Made by a program: the position numbers and the translations under genes
Origin: Phyllobates terribilis
Lineage: Eukaryota
Length of the DNA: 64,000 nt
Reading direction: 5' to 3'
Assembly (NCBI RefSeq): GCF_046119375.1
Contig: NW_027362764.1
Span: 664,144,001 to 664,208,000 of the forward strand
In this document: in pieces, positions 50,046 through 63,533 of the stretch
Layout of the letters: each line of letters opens with the position of its first letter
Numbering within the stretch: position 1 is the first letter of the stretch
The notes under the pieces: model-generated
The model's input: the letters and a program-made list of their open reading frames with translations, nothing else
What the model was told of the DNA's origin: nothing
Database searches by the model: none

Positions 50046-52816
50046 CAACTTCAACAAAGTTCTGTATTGGTGTGACATGAACTGATGTAAAATTTGACTT
50101 GTAAAACAGATCTGCAAATAAAAAAGTTGTTTGAGACACACACTCTTTCTCAGGTGGACATTGGCAGTTAAATGTCTAAATTTTAGAGAATTTTTCTGTT
50201 GGATTTTTTAAAAATTAATTATTCCCTCTCTACCAAAACGATTGCACAAGAAATGAAACAACTCAATACAGCTGCTTGTCTGACACTTATTTCAGATTTT
50301 TTTCAGTAAAAAAGATATTTTACTGTTTTGATTCTCTTTTCTAATGCATTAAAAATGAAGAAAAAATGTGTAATTGTTATTCAAATGCAGCAGGACACAT
50401 GTCAGCTACATCATATCCCTGATCAATCACATTGAATGCGTCACTGCTGCTGGCACCTCTCCTCTCTCTCTCCCCCTTCTCATTTTAATTTCTTTATTAT
50501 TCACAGACCACTATTCTCTTCTTCTTCTTTGTTGCAGTTGTTCAACATCTTGCTGTTTGTAGTATTTGTGAAATGCTTTAAAGCTTTATCATCAGCTATC
50601 CTAAAATAACCCTAAAAAGGGTGCTGCAATTAATGGTTTGGCTTTAATACAGGCTATAAAATTACTGATTGGCTGCACTATATCATGTGCTGCAAAGCAT
50701 TATTGGGAAGTCCACGCAGTCGCTTCTGAGGTCAAGTCAGTCTTCTGTGACTGATGCAGTATTCTTCAATGTATAAAAAAGCAGCAGGCATTTATTTTGT
50801 GATTTGAGACTCACCCTTGCAGCATGGGTTCCGTGAGGCACCAAGTCACTCACCCTGCTGGTACACTGCCGCTGGGATGGTGGTTGTGCACGGTGACGCA
50901 ACTTACAGGTTATAAAAAGTTAGGACCCACTGAGAGGTTCTCTGTCATGTGGTAGTGGGCTTGATACCGTCTGATCAGAATGTTAAACAAAGAACCTCAT
51001 GTTCAGTTTTGTAAATTTTTGCCTAGCGGCATTAGATCAATGTATGCTTTTTGGGTGGCGGTCCATGTGTTTTTCTACAATATTGGTACAAACGGGAGAA
51101 GTGATACTGATAATTTCCTCTGTGTGCTACATCCCCCTATAGTTCTGGTCAATATCATGCATTGTATTGTTCTTCTCTGTGACTTTGTTCTTACAGTGTG
51201 GAAAATAAGTATTTGATACACTGGCTATTTTGCAAATTTTCCCACCTACAAAAAATGGAGAGGTCTGTAATATTTATCGTAGGTACAAATCAACTGTGAG
51301 AGACAGAATCTAAAAAGAAAAACAAGAAAATCACATTGTATGATTTTTAAATAATTTAATTAATTGCATTTTATTGCATGAAAAAAGTGATTGATCATCT
51401 ACCAACCAGATAGTTTGTGACGCCACTTGTGGTACCTGGTAAGGATTACCAGCGCTGCTGCAGACCTCTGGTGGGTGATGGAATGGATGGCAGCTGAGGT
51501 GTTTCTGCTCCCCACAGGTGGAGCGGGCCCCCGGGGCAGTGTGAAGTTTGATGGTGGTGATGCTGGGACCTGTAGTGCAGGTGGTTAGCGCAGCAGGAGT
51601 AACTGACAGAGACAGGGGATTTGCTTCAATACCTTTACTGGTGCAGATGTCAGGTATGGTCCAGGGTACTCAGTAGGATGGGTGCACTTCAGGACTTCTC
51701 CGCAGTGAGCGGGTATAGGGCCTCCTGGTCCGTGTCTGCCTCTCTGTATGCTCCTGGCCAGCCAGCAACTGGGCCTAGCTTATGTGTCGTGCTGTTCCTT
51801 CACCTGTCGCTTGGTAGTAGGACCTTCTGTTGGCAACCACTATCCCTGGTGAAGCTGGGGCCTTCGTGGTTCCTTGTCTTGTAATGGGTCTAGCTTCAGG
51901 TCAGCCAAGGACTTGTAGTCCTCCTGGGATGCCGGTGATCCCTACTGGGTATAAAGGGACCCTGTAGGCGCAGACCCGGTGTCCGGTTTGTATATCGGGG
52001 TGAGCCTATGATGCTCCTCTGCTCCCCCAACTCCTCTCTCCTTTCTCCTCTTGCCGTCGGCCACACTTGGGGCCCTCAGAACTCAACTCATGCTGTAGGC
52101 CTTGGCTCGCCTAAGCACAGCAGCCAGCGTGCTGCGTCTTCACTGGTCTAAGTGCCAGCAAACTCTCTCTCTGACTGAGAGACTGACTAACTGCCTGGCT
52201 CCACCCTCCATATATATATATATATCAGTAACGGGCTCCCTCTGGTGGTATGAGGTGGAAGGGTGGAGGTGTTTGTATGTAATGAGGGCCTCTGGTGGAG
52301 AAGTCCATCCATGCACCCTGGGTCCTGTGGTACCTGTGCGCAGCAGGGTGCCACATTCCCCCCTAGTACAATTCAGTACTCCTGGACTGAAGCATTTTGT
52401 AACAGGTTACAACAATAATAACAATTATAATAATAACAATAAGTATAATAACATTAATAAAGTTACAGTAAGTCCGGTAACCAGGTGTCCATTTCACCTA
52501 AGAAAGAACATGAGAAACATGAGGGACCCGTCTGAAAACCCTCAACATAGGCCCTGGGCATGGCTACAGGGCATAAGTGATCCAGGTGCTGGACCACGTC
52601 TTCGGCCACGCCAAACGGGTTTTTGTTCTGTGGTCAATTAAGGAGCACTTTTATAAGTGCAACTATTTACAAGTAAAGTTTTTGGCTGCTCACAGTCCTC
52701 AGCCTACGAGTCTTTATACCCTTACGGGTAACTAAATGCACATATATTTTCATTTTACATAATAAACAATATGCAATACCCTCTGGGTAACTATTTACAA
52801 TTTAGGCACTTCACGC

Positions 52817-55800
52817 TTATTCCCTAAACCTGGCAGGGATTTGTCCTTGTGTGCTGCGTGTGGACCTTCGTAGCACTGGGGTGATACTAGTGTCTGTGCA
52901 TGCACTCTCTGGTAATCTAGCAGGTGTACGTGCTGGTAGATTGTAAAACTGCCTCAATCTCTCTATGGGACTGGCAAGTGCACTGTTCACTGGGCCTTCA
53001 GGCTCTGTTTCAACTGGTGCTTCTCTTCTTTCTGGGGACTCTTCCTGTTCCTGAGCAGGCTCTTCCGGAACGCTTAAAGGTTCTTCTGGTTGTTGATAGA
53101 AGTGTATCACTGGTACTATAACTGCTCCATCAAGTTGAGGCCAGTCTGCAGGGAAATCGCCTAGAACTGTGTGAAGCACTTCTTCCTTGGGTTCTTCCGG
53201 TGCTATAGGAGGTACTTCTTCCTCCGTTGTCTTCAGTAGACCTGGGCACACTTTCAGATGGTCTTTTGAGACTGTAGCAGTTGTTTTTCCTCCATCTTTG
53301 CTAATCAGGCAGGTTTTACTGTTATCAAACTTTGAGTTCAACACTGTGTAGGGCTCTCTTTCCCACTGGTCATCGAGCTTGTGACTTCTTCTCTTCCGCT
53401 TTAGCACTATCTCTCCAGGTGCCAAGGGTTCTGCTGGCGCATGTTTATTGTACTGTTCTTCCTGTCTTTCCCTTACTCTGTTCAGACTGTATTCGACACA
53501 GGCCTGTATTCTCCTGTACTGCTCTTGCCGATTTGTATCCCAGTCTTCAGTGGACATATCTGCTTCCGGTTCTACCACTCCGAGTTCCAGGTCCATGGGC
53601 TATTTTCCAGGTCTTGCTCTCATGAGGTACACTGGAGTACAATTTGTAGAACTCACAGGTATGTGATTGTACAGATCTACCAGGTCAGGTAGTTTGTTTG
53701 GCCACTGATTTCTTTCTTCCAAGGGTAAGGTTTTCAGCAGGTCTATGACGATGTTGTTCATTTTCTCACACAAACCATTGGTCTGAGGGTGGTACGGCCA
53801 CCTGTATGGTGCCACCATACAGGTGGCAGAATTCTTTAAACAGCTCAGCTTCAAAGGCAGGGCCTTGATCCGTCAGCACTTTGTCCGGGTATCCATGGGG
53901 TCTGCAGAAGTAGGCTTGGAACGTCCTTGCTGCAGTTTCTGCTGTCAGGTCCTTGACAGGGGCTACCACCAGGAACCGGGAATAATGATCCACCATGGTC
54001 AGTGCATAGGAATAGCCTGACCTGCTGGGTGACAACTTGACGTGATCCAGATCGACGATCTCCAGGGGCTGGGTTGTTTTGATGGACTGCAAGGGTGCTT
54101 TCTGGCTGCCGTAGTCTTTCCTTCTGAGGCTACAGGGCCCACAATTCCGGCACCACCTCTCTATGGAGCTCCACATTCCAACCCATTAGAACCGGTCCTT
54201 CCGCAGGGTTTCCAGCTTCTACCAGCCAAAGTGACCTGCTTGATCGTGGTAGGCTTCCAACACCATCTTGATATCCGTTCTGGGTACAACAATCTGCCAC
54301 ACCATTTCAAGGGTCTTGGGGTTGACATATCTTCTGCACAGCTTCTCTCTATAGATGAACAGCCGGCTTCTCTCATTTCACAGTTGCTTGGCTTGTCCAC
54401 CATGGTCAGTGGATAGGAATAGCCTGACCTGCTGGGTGACAACTTGACATGATCCAGAGCGACGATCTCCAGGGGCTGGGTTGTTTTGATGGACTGCAAG
54501 GGTGCTTTCTGGCTTCCGTAGTCTTTCCTTCTGAGGCTACAGGGCCCACAATTCCGGCACCACCTCTCTATGGAGCTCCGCATTCCAACCCAGTAGAACC
54601 GGTCCTTCAGCAGGGTTTCCAGCTTCTACCAGCCAAAGTGACCTGCTTGATCGTGGTAGGCTTCCAACACCATCTTGATATCCGTTCTGGGTACAACAAT
54701 CTGCCACACCATTTCATGGGTCTTGGGGTTGACATATCTTCTGCACAGCTTCTCTCTATAGATGAACAGCCGGCTTCTCTCATTCCACAGTTGCTTGGCT
54801 TGTGGAGGAGCATTCTTCTCCAGGTGAGAACCTTCCTGGGTGATCAGTCTTTTGATAAGGCTGACAACTGGGTCACTGTCCTGGGTCTCCTTCCAATTGT
54901 GGTGGGGTAGAGGATTCAGCGTCCTTCCCTGATGTCTTCTGGTGACGTGTTGCTCACGGACCATTCAGCTTCGGTGGAAAGCAGGTAATTCAACTTCCTC
55001 TAAATCATCCACTTCATCCTCGGTGTCTGACTGGTGGGACATCCTTGACAGGGCATCAGCATTGGTGTTCTTGTGACCTGCCCGGTACTTGATGGTGAAC
55101 TGATAATTCGACAGTCTGGCCACCCAACGCTGTTCCATGGCTCCCAACCTGGCTGTCTCCAGGTGTGTCAAGGGATTGTTGTCAGTAAAGGCTGTGAATT
55201 TCGTTGAGGCTAGGTAATGCTTGAACCTTTCAGTGATAGCCCAGACCAAGGCCAGGAACTCCAGCTTGAAGGAACTGTAGTTCTCCGGGTTCCTCTCGGT
55301 AGGACGTAGATTACTGTTGGCATATGCAATTACCTTCTCTCGTCCATTCTGCTTCTGGGACAACACAGCTCCCAGTCCCTCGTTGCTGGCGTCGGTGTAC
55401 AGCAGGAAAGGCTGGCTGTAGTCAGGGTAAGCCAGGATTTCTTCACCAGTCAGGATTTTCTTCATTACTGCAAAGGATTCAGTCTGTTCTTTGCCCCACT
55501 CGAATGGAGGACTCTTTCCTATTTTGGACAGTCCTACCAGGAGGTCTTGTAGAGGTGCTACCTTTTGGTATAGTCCTTTATGAACCTCCTGTAGTACCCG
55601 ACCAGTCCCAGGAATTGCCGTACTTCTTTAATGCTTCTCGGCTCAGGCCACTTCTGGACGGCAGTGACCTTCTCCAGGTCTGGTGCTATCCCTTCTGAGC
55701 TGACTACGTGCCACAGGTACTGAACCTTCTGCTTGAGCAAGTGGCATTTACAAGGCTTTAGTTTCATCCCATACCGGGACAATGCTTCAAATACCTCCGC

Positions 55801-56100
55801 CAGGTGCTTCAGATGGTCCTCATATGTCCTCGAGTACACGATAACGTCATCCAGGTACAGCAGCACTGTCTCGAAGTTCCGATGTCCCAAGCAACACTCC
55901 ATCAGCCTCTGGAACGTTCTGGGTGCATTGCAGAGTCCAAAGGGCATACTGTTGTACTCGCACAGTCCCATCGGGGTAGTGAAGGCCGTCTTCTCCCGGT
56001 CTTCCTCAGCAACAGAGACTTGGCAGTACCCACTAGTGAGATCCAGTGTAGAGAAGTAATTGGCAGATTTTAGTGCAGCCAGGGATTCCTCTATACGGGC
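52817..56100 (-). pseudogene. pol: Pol remnant: RT (N-terminus and protease deleted), RNase H, integrase with a 407-bp internal duplication
   Basis: LDLTSGY, MPFGLCNAP, LYLDD, YTDASNEGLGAVL, YHDQAGH..CGPC, DHVKL, TDQGPAFE and a C-terminal LRRSTR, with multiple frameshifts. Confidence 0.92.
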
Positions 56101-56273
56101 TCCGTCTGTAGCTTCAGGGTGCTCAGGACAGTGGCCAGGGTTTTACTCAGCTGACGCACTTCAGAGCACAGGTTGTCCAGATCGCTAGGGAGCACTGTTT
56201 GCATCTTTGTTTCAGCCGTTAATGAAGGAGCAGTGGGTGCTGGGGGCACTGGGGTGGCCCCACCCTGGTAACG

Positions 56274-56948
56274 CTAGATAGCAGTCCCTGATGTTTCCAG
56301 GGGCTGTAGACCCTTAATAGCCATGTCCTTCAGGGTGTCAAAGGTGGCGTCTGGATGATCTAAAGCCCACCACCGTACAGTTTTGCTCTCCTCCTGGGAC
56401 CTCAACCCCCGGATGAACTGTTCCGTCAGCATTTTATTCTCATCTTGTATGCTGGCTGGACTAACCTGTTTCAGGGCCCGCAGGGCTTCCTGTAAGTGCC
56501 AGGCGTAGTCCCGGACACTGTCCTCAGGTTTCTGGGTACAGTGGTAGAACCTCATCCGGAGATCTGTCTCAGTGCAGCTTTCAAAGACAGTTTGCAGTCT
56601 CTTAAAGATAATGGATACTGATTCCTGGTCTGCGGCTGGCCAGGTTTCAACTTCCCGCTCTGTGGCACCAGTCAATTGTCCCAGCACAACAGCGGCTTTC
56701 TGCTTACCAGTCATAGAAAACATGTCCAGTACACCGCATATTTTTCTCTTGAACCCAGACAGGGTGTCTGGTTTGCCATCATACTGGGGAAGCCATTTCG
56801 CTCCAGGGATATACGTCAGGGCCATGGGTATCAACGGAGTCACGACCCCTGCTGGTGGGGCGGCCGCCCAGGCTTGTGCAGCGCCAGGCGCAAGTTGGGC
56901 ATCAGGGGCGTTAACCGGTGCTCCGGCGGCTTGCTGGTTGTCGGCCAT
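56274..56948 (-). CDS. gag: Gag (PNMA-like capsid domain), prematurely terminated
   Basis: LPQYDGKP, LGQLTG and RFYHCTQKPEDSVRDY motifs, located between the PBS and pol. Confidence 0.8.
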   Translation of the reverse strand: MADNQQAAGAPVNAPDAQLAPGAAQAWAAAPPAGVVTPLIPMALTYIPGAKWLPQYDGKPDTLSGFKRKICGVLDMFSMTGKQKAAVVLGQLTGATEREVETWPAADQESVSIIFKRLQTVFESCTETDLRMRFYHCTQKPEDSVRDYAWHLQEALRALKQVSPASIQDENKMLTEQFIRGLRSQEESKTVRWWALDHPDATFDTLKDMAIKGLQPLETSGTAI

Positions 56949-57350
56949 GATTGCGCCCCCCTAGTAAACCGTAGCCTACCTTCTTTACTTGGATCAGGTA
57001 GGCCGCAGCTCCGCAGGCGACGGTCTCCTTCCAGGACCTTGCGTCTCCCTCGCGGCAGACGTCAGAGCGTGCGCTTGACAATGATCTCCTTCTAGGACAT
57101 GACGCTTCCTGGTTCGGCGTCAAGGCGCGAGGCGGGGCCTGGGCTTCGCGCGTTTCCAGTGGTTACGCCTCTCCGATTCCCATGGTTACGCCCCTCTTCT
57201 TCCCAAGCGGCGACAGGAAAATGGCGGATAATGGCTGGAAACCTCGGGAATTGCGGGAAATCTTCACCACAGTAAGTGTTACAGTCTTTTAAGGCGCACA
57301 GTACCCGGTGGCAACGGGCATGCAATCCTGTTCATTGCAACGGGCACGAA

Positions 57351-57368
57351 ATCCTGTTCGTGATGCCA
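57351..57368 (-). promoter_or_regulatory. Primer binding site complementary to the tRNA-Ser(CGA) 3' end
   Basis: TGGCATCACGAACAGGAT, 5 nt after the LTR end, matches 17/18 to the complement of ...AUCCUGUUCGUGACGCCA (tRNA sequence recalled from vertebrate tRNA sets). Confidence 0.85.
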
Positions 57369-59624
57369 GAAGTTGACGCGCCCCCAGATCAATGGTGTAC
57401 TCGGCAGCCGGGCCTATGGATGCTAGTGGGGGATATCACGGTGGCTGGCCCGGTCCATGGCCCAGAGCGGTCAACCAAAAAGGGGATTATAGCTTGGAGA
57501 AAAAAATAAAAATAAAGTAAATAGTTTGTGACGCCACCTGTGGTACCTGGTAAGGATTACCAGCGCTTCTGCAGACCTCCGGGGGGTGATGGGATGGCAG
57601 CTGAGGTGTTTCTGCTCCCCACAGGTGGAGCGGGCCCCTGGGGCAGTGTGGAGTTTGATGGTGGTGATGCTGGGACCTGTAGTGCAAGTGGTTGGTGCAG
57701 CAGGAGTAACTGACAGAGACAGGGGATTCGCTTCAATACCTTTACTGGTGCAGATGTCAGGTACGGTCCAGGGTACTCAGTAGTATGAGTGCACTTCAGG
57801 ACTTCTCCCCAGTGAGCGGGTATAGGGCCTCCTGTATGCTCCTGGCCGGCCTGCAATTGGGCCTAGCTTATGTGTCGTGCTGTTCCTTCACCTGTCGCTC
57901 GGTAGTAGGACCTTCTGTTGGCAACCACTATCCCTGGTGACGCTGGGGCCTTCGTGGTTCCTGGTCTTGTAATGGGTCAAGCTTCAGGTCAGCCAGGGAC
58001 TTGTAGTCCTCCTGGGATGCCGGTGATCCCTACTGGGTATAAAGGGACCCTGTAGGCGCGGACCCGGTGTCCAGTTTGTATATTCGGGGTTAGCCTATGA
58101 TGCTCCTCTGCCCCCTCAACTCCTCTCTCCTTTCTCCTCTTGCCGTCGGCCACACTCGGGGCCCTCAGAACTCAACTCGTGCTGTAGGCCCCAGCATGCT
58201 GCGTCTTCACTGGTCTAAGTGCCAGCACTCTCTCTCTCTGACTGAGAGACTGACTAACTGCCTGGCTTCCACCCTCCATATAAATATCCCTAACGGGCTC
58301 CCTCTGGTGGTATGAGGTGGAAGGGTGGAGGTGTTTGTATGTTATGAGGGCCTCTTGTGGAGAAGTCCGTCCATGCACCCTGGGTCCTGTGGTACCTGTG
58401 CGCAGCAGGGTGCCACATGTAAAAGACCAAAGAGATGACTAAGGACACCAGGGAGAAAATTGTTGACCTGTACAAGCCTGGGATGGGCTACAGGACAATA
58501 GGCAATCAGCTTGGTGAGAAGGAAACAACTGTTGGTACAATTATTAGAAAATGGAAGAAATGCAATATGACTGTCAATCTTCCTCGGTCTTGGGCTCCAT
58601 GCAATATCTCGCCTCGTGGGGTAAGCATGATTCTGAGAAAGGTCAGGAATCAGCCAAGACCTACACTGGAGGACCTAGTCAATAACTTGAAGATAGCTGG
58701 GTATCAAACATTACCATTAGTAACACTACGCCGCCATGGATTAAAATCCTACAGGGCACGCAAGGTCCCCCTGCTTACACCAGCACATGTCCAGGCCTGT
58801 TTGAAGGTTGCCAATGACCATCTGGATGATCCAGAGGAGGCATGGGAGAAGGTCATGTGGTCAGATGAGACTAAAATACAACTTTTTGGTATAAACTCCA
58901 CTCACCGTGTTTGGAGGAAGAAGAAGGATGAGTGCAACCCCAAGAACACCGTCCCAACCGTGAAGCATGGTGAGGGAAACATCATACTTTGGGGGTGATT
59001 TTCTGCAAAGGGGACAGGATGACTGCATTGTATTGAAGGTAAGATGGATGGGGTCATGTATCGCGAGATTTTGGCCAATAACCCCCTTCCCTCAGTAAGA
59101 GCATTGAAGATGGATCGTGGTTGGGTCTTCCAGCATGACAATTACCCAAACACACAGCCAGGGCTACTAAGGAGTGGCTCTGTAAGAAGCATTTCAAGGT
59201 CCTAGCGTGGCCTAGCCAGTCTCCAGACCTGAACCCAATAGAAAATCTTTGGAGGGAGCTGAAACCCAATGTTGCCCAGCAACAGTCCTGAAACCTGAAA
59301 GATCTGGAGAAGATCTGTATGTAGGAGTGGGCCAAAATCCCCACTGCAGTGTGTGCAAACTCGGTCAAGAACTACAGGAAATGTCTGACCTCTGTAATTG
59401 CAAACAAAGGTTTCTGTATCAAATATTAAGTTCTGTTTTTCTATTGTGTCAAATACTTATTTCATGCAATAAAATGCAAACTAATTATGCAAAAATCATA
59501 CAATGTGATTTTCTGGATTTTATTTTTAGATTCTGTCTCTCACAGCTGAAGTGTACCTAAGATTAAAATTACAGACCTCTCCATTCTTTGTAGGTGGGAA
59601 AACTTGCAAAATCGGCAGTGTATC

Positions 59625-60872
59625 TGACGCGCCCCCTGGGCCGTGGGGTACTCGGTAGCTGGGCCGGTCAATGCTGGGGGATGTCACAGTGGCAGTGACC
59701 CGGTCCGTGCCCCAGGGCGGTCAATAAAAGGGGAAAAGTAAAAGGGGAATAAAGTTTTTAGGACCTGTGGTATACGGCTATATGGAGCCGCCGCTGTGGT
59801 GCAGATCCTCTGGAGCTGATGGTGACGCAGCAGAGTTGGTTCAGCTCTCCACAGGCAGAGCTTAGTTCCAGGGTAGGATATAGTGATGCTATGAGGTAGA
59901 TGTTGTTGGTGCTGTGTAGTTCAGAGCTGGTGATGGCGCAGCAATAATTCCAGGACACAGTGGGGTGCAGTCTTCAATCTTTACTCACAGTTGTTCAAAA
60001 CTCCAGGTTACCAGGGCCAGTGTGTAACCTCCCACGTCGTCCTGAGTTCACCAGGGAAGGGGTTCAGCAAACTCTCAAGTCTCTCAGGAGTACATAAACG
60101 GGACCCCGTTCTATATGCCTTTCTGGGTCATCTTCCCTGTTCTGGCTCTCGGCCTCCTGCCCTGCGACTCACAATCAGTGTCCCAAGCCAGTAGCCTCTG
60201 ATCTTGTCGGGCCACATGCAGTCCCTGGACCCTACGTGGCCACCTTTTCAGCGATGTAATTGTGGTGGTTGGCCGCTGTACCTTGCAAGTACAGCAGCCT
60301 CTGGTTATCTAGCTGAGCCTGGTTGTTCTCCACTAGTTTAGGGGTCGGTCCCCTCTGCGGCCTGATCCCTCCACGTCCGTATAGATTTGGGCACACGGAT
60401 GGCTTCTTGCACTCACCGTGCCCCTGGGATCCCCTCTGTCTCTGGAGCCTTCCCTCTGCTCCCGTCCCTTCTCACTCTCTCTCCTGGGCCTCTCAGACAA
60501 GGCCCGACTCCTCTCTCAACTCAACTCCTGCTCCAAACACTGAAGCCAGGAGCCTGGACCCTTCTGCACTGCTCTTCTGAGCAGGACTGGACCCTTCTAG
60601 ATGGTTCTCTCTGTCTTTTTATACTCTTCCTGTCTGTGCTCCCCTGATCTATTTCCTCCACCCACACCCACTACATGGTCTACCCTCCAGCTAGGGACCA
60701 GGGACTGTGCTCTCCCTTAGGAGTAATCTCGCCCTTCCCTACTGAGGTGGAGTGTGTTGGATGCGGGTTTGTGGGTCTCGGGTAGTACTCTCTCCTTACC
60801 TGAGAGTGGGGTACCACACCTCTGGGTGAGATGCAGTATCTTTGTGGCGACTGAACCCGCAGGGGTGTCACA
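59625..60872 (-). mobile_element. Solo LTR G, inserted into the right TIR of the Tc1 element
   Basis: TGACGCGCCCCC...GGGGTGTCACA with 4-bp TSD TATC at 59621-59624 and 60873-60876. Confidence 0.93.
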
Positions 60873-62977
60873 TATCAAATACTTATTTTCCCCACTGTAG
60901 GTTGGATGAGTACACATAGAACATAGACTCAGTGTGTTCACAAAAACATAGGCAAAGTTCAAGGGTGCTGGGGTTTGATATTAAATCACACACAGAACAG
61001 GAAATCAGTGCTTTAAGCTCCATTCTATGGGGAATTGCAGGGAATGTTGCCTGGTCGCTGGGGAGAGACATACGTAACATGAAGTTCTTTGACCCCAATA
61101 GAAAATTTGTAAAAGGGCCTTAAACCAAAAAGTGACATTTTTAACACTGATGCCACCTCATGTCGTGGATGGCCTTTTACGCCCCATCAAGCATTAGCAC
61201 CATACCACAATGATGCAGTATGCCACAGTGGAGAAATAAGAATCCATACTTTGCCTTGGCCAAGGTATTTAGATACAAGACTATAACTGCAAATTGGTTA
61301 AAGGAAAATCTAGTTATGAGTCTTCGATCTAGTTTAGGAAGTCACTTTTCAAAGATGACTGTAATGTCCCACGACTTGGGAATTATACAGTATTGTATTG
61401 TGACAAAGGAGAAAACATGAGTATAGCGGTATAAAAAGCATTATTTTATTCAATAAAGATTACATAACAACGTATACAATAGTCACATCACAGGATGGGA
61501 GATATAAAGTGCAAGGTGCTATGCATAGGAGGGTCACAAATGGTGGGTCATAACAAATATACTGTAAAATAATGTATTGTCATTGTATGGTTGCTGTTTC
61601 ACTGCTATGCAATCAGGTTTGCCTTTTAGAGGTATGTCCTGTTTCTTTCCCCTGTCTGTCTCCCCAGCTCTGATGTCAGTAACCCCGAACTTCTTCCTTT
61701 TTTCCCAGTCAGTGTTTGTCATCCATTTTGCTAACATCATTTCTACACAGCTCTGATTCAGAATTGTCATTTTACCTACTGTAATTGTTCATAACTACAA
61801 GAATTCAGCTTGAAAATAAAGCTTCTTCTGGAATCTTCATAAGTGCCTCTGCAGTCGAGTTAAGCTATCTGATGAAATCACTTTGTGTGAGTACTGTTCC
61901 ATACTGACATCCATAGAAATGGTGTCTCAAAAGCCCCACACTCACAGCCCAGCTATGGAGTCAGAATAATGACAATCGTCTATCAAGTTGTAATGATAGC
62001 CTGTGTTGTCAAAAAAAAAAAGTTTTCATTTTGTCATTGTACCAATAGCCCATTTTATTAAAATAAATAAAACTTACATTTAACAATATAGAGGTGATCA
62101 CAAGTCCTTATCAGCATCTACCTGGTAAGTTTGCATTGAATAAATAGAAATGATCTTAATGTATTGCTGTAAATTCCCTCTTAATATGAATGTGTACATA
62201 GGGATGCTGTCTGTGACTTTCTGTAGCCATTATTTCCTAGAGATTATATTTTCTCTCTGGCACCCCTGAATTAATCTGCACATATTCAGCTGCTAAATTC
62301 CATATTGTTAACAGACCAGGATTACCTCTTATTACAGGACATGCTGAGTTAATCTCTTTAGCAAGCTTTCCAGCATCAGCCTGCACAGGCACACATTAAA
62401 ATGGCCTCATAAAAATGCAGCAATAAAGCATGACATTTACAGGAATACTGGAACACAATCCATCAAATCATTCTTTTCTTTTGTACTGCACTATATTCTG
62501 CAATAAATACATCATCATTTTTGTTGTGTCGTGTTTATTGAATTCATAATGGAATTTTCACTTTAGAAATGACTAATATTATTTTATTCCACTGATTTAA
62601 GATATTAATATTTATATTACTAATTTTGCTAATTGTAAAGAAAAAGGACACAAATATATAATTACCACATTATCTGTAAACTGTAAACATTGGGTCGTTC
62701 TGTTGAAATCTAAAATGCCAAACATAATAAAATAGTAGTATGTATGTGCTGTTTTTATTTCTTTTTTAGCTACTACAGTATTTTCATTAAATTCCTTGTG
62801 AACTTGTGAGAAGCTTGTGCCAATATGTAGCCGCCAATCAGAAGAAACAGAACTGCAGCGTAAATTATTGGGAAAAGCAGAATAGTGGACTGAGAAAGGA
62901 GATCATTTAGGACAGCCATAGACTCCCTTTAGACAATGCAACTAAAAGCCCCCATATACATTAAAATAAACTACTGA

Positions 62978-63240
62978 TTTATTATGCTTCCTTATATAGA
63001 GCCATTAATTCCACAGTGCTTTACAGACATTATCATCACTGTCCCCACCGGGGTCACAATCTACATTTCCTATCAGAATGTCTTTGGAGTGTGGGAGGAA
63101 ACTGGAGAATCCGGGGGGAACCCACGCAAACCCGAGGAGAACATACAAACTCCTTGCAGATGTTGTCCTTGGTGGGATTTGAACCCAGGACCCCAGTGCT
63201 ACAAAGTAACAGTGCTAACCACTGAGCAACCGTGCTGCCC
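62978..63240 (-). mobile_element. V-SINE-like element
   Basis: Homologous to 20429-20690, with full head GGGCAGCACGGT.GCTCAGTGGTTAGCAC. Confidence 0.9.
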
Positions 63241-63533
63241 TAAGAAAAATGTACAGATATTGGCAGGACTAAAGAGGATAGAGGGCTTCCAATTGATTAT
63301 GTTCAGGGATAGAACGATCCGGCATTTTGAATTTAGATGTCTGATTCTTCTCTCCAAAAACAAACCACCTTCAGAGGTGTCTAGGTATGGCTTTCTTTTC
63401 CTTCCCCATACAAAACATATGTATGCTTCCCCAATATGAGTGTTCATGTGTATGGGAGATTTGGAGAGATAGCTGACCAAAGAAGCATTAGACCAACTGC
63501 TATCTAATGTACCTACCTCAACCTCTAGCCAGC

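Larger units (their letters stand above)
51410..58417 (-). mobile_element. Internally deleted Gypsy LTR retrotransposon, parent family of the solo LTRs
   Basis: 5' LTR at 57374-58417; 3' LTR at 51410-52355, truncated by about 150 bp; PPT at 52356-52366; PBS at 57351-57368. Confidence 0.93.
51194..60897 (+). mobile_element. Decayed Tc1 element split by a Gypsy element and a solo LTR
   Basis: TA|CAGTGTGGAAAATAAGTATTTGA left end and TCAAATACTTATTTTCCCCACTG|TA right end. Transposase remnant at 58435-59400 ([24 protein letters not shown]) with stops and frameshifts. Confidence 0.9.

Noticed and set aside
60932-61123. 63-aa ORF as a host exon
   Set aside because: No recognisable domain and no convincing splice-site pair; the length is compatible with chance.
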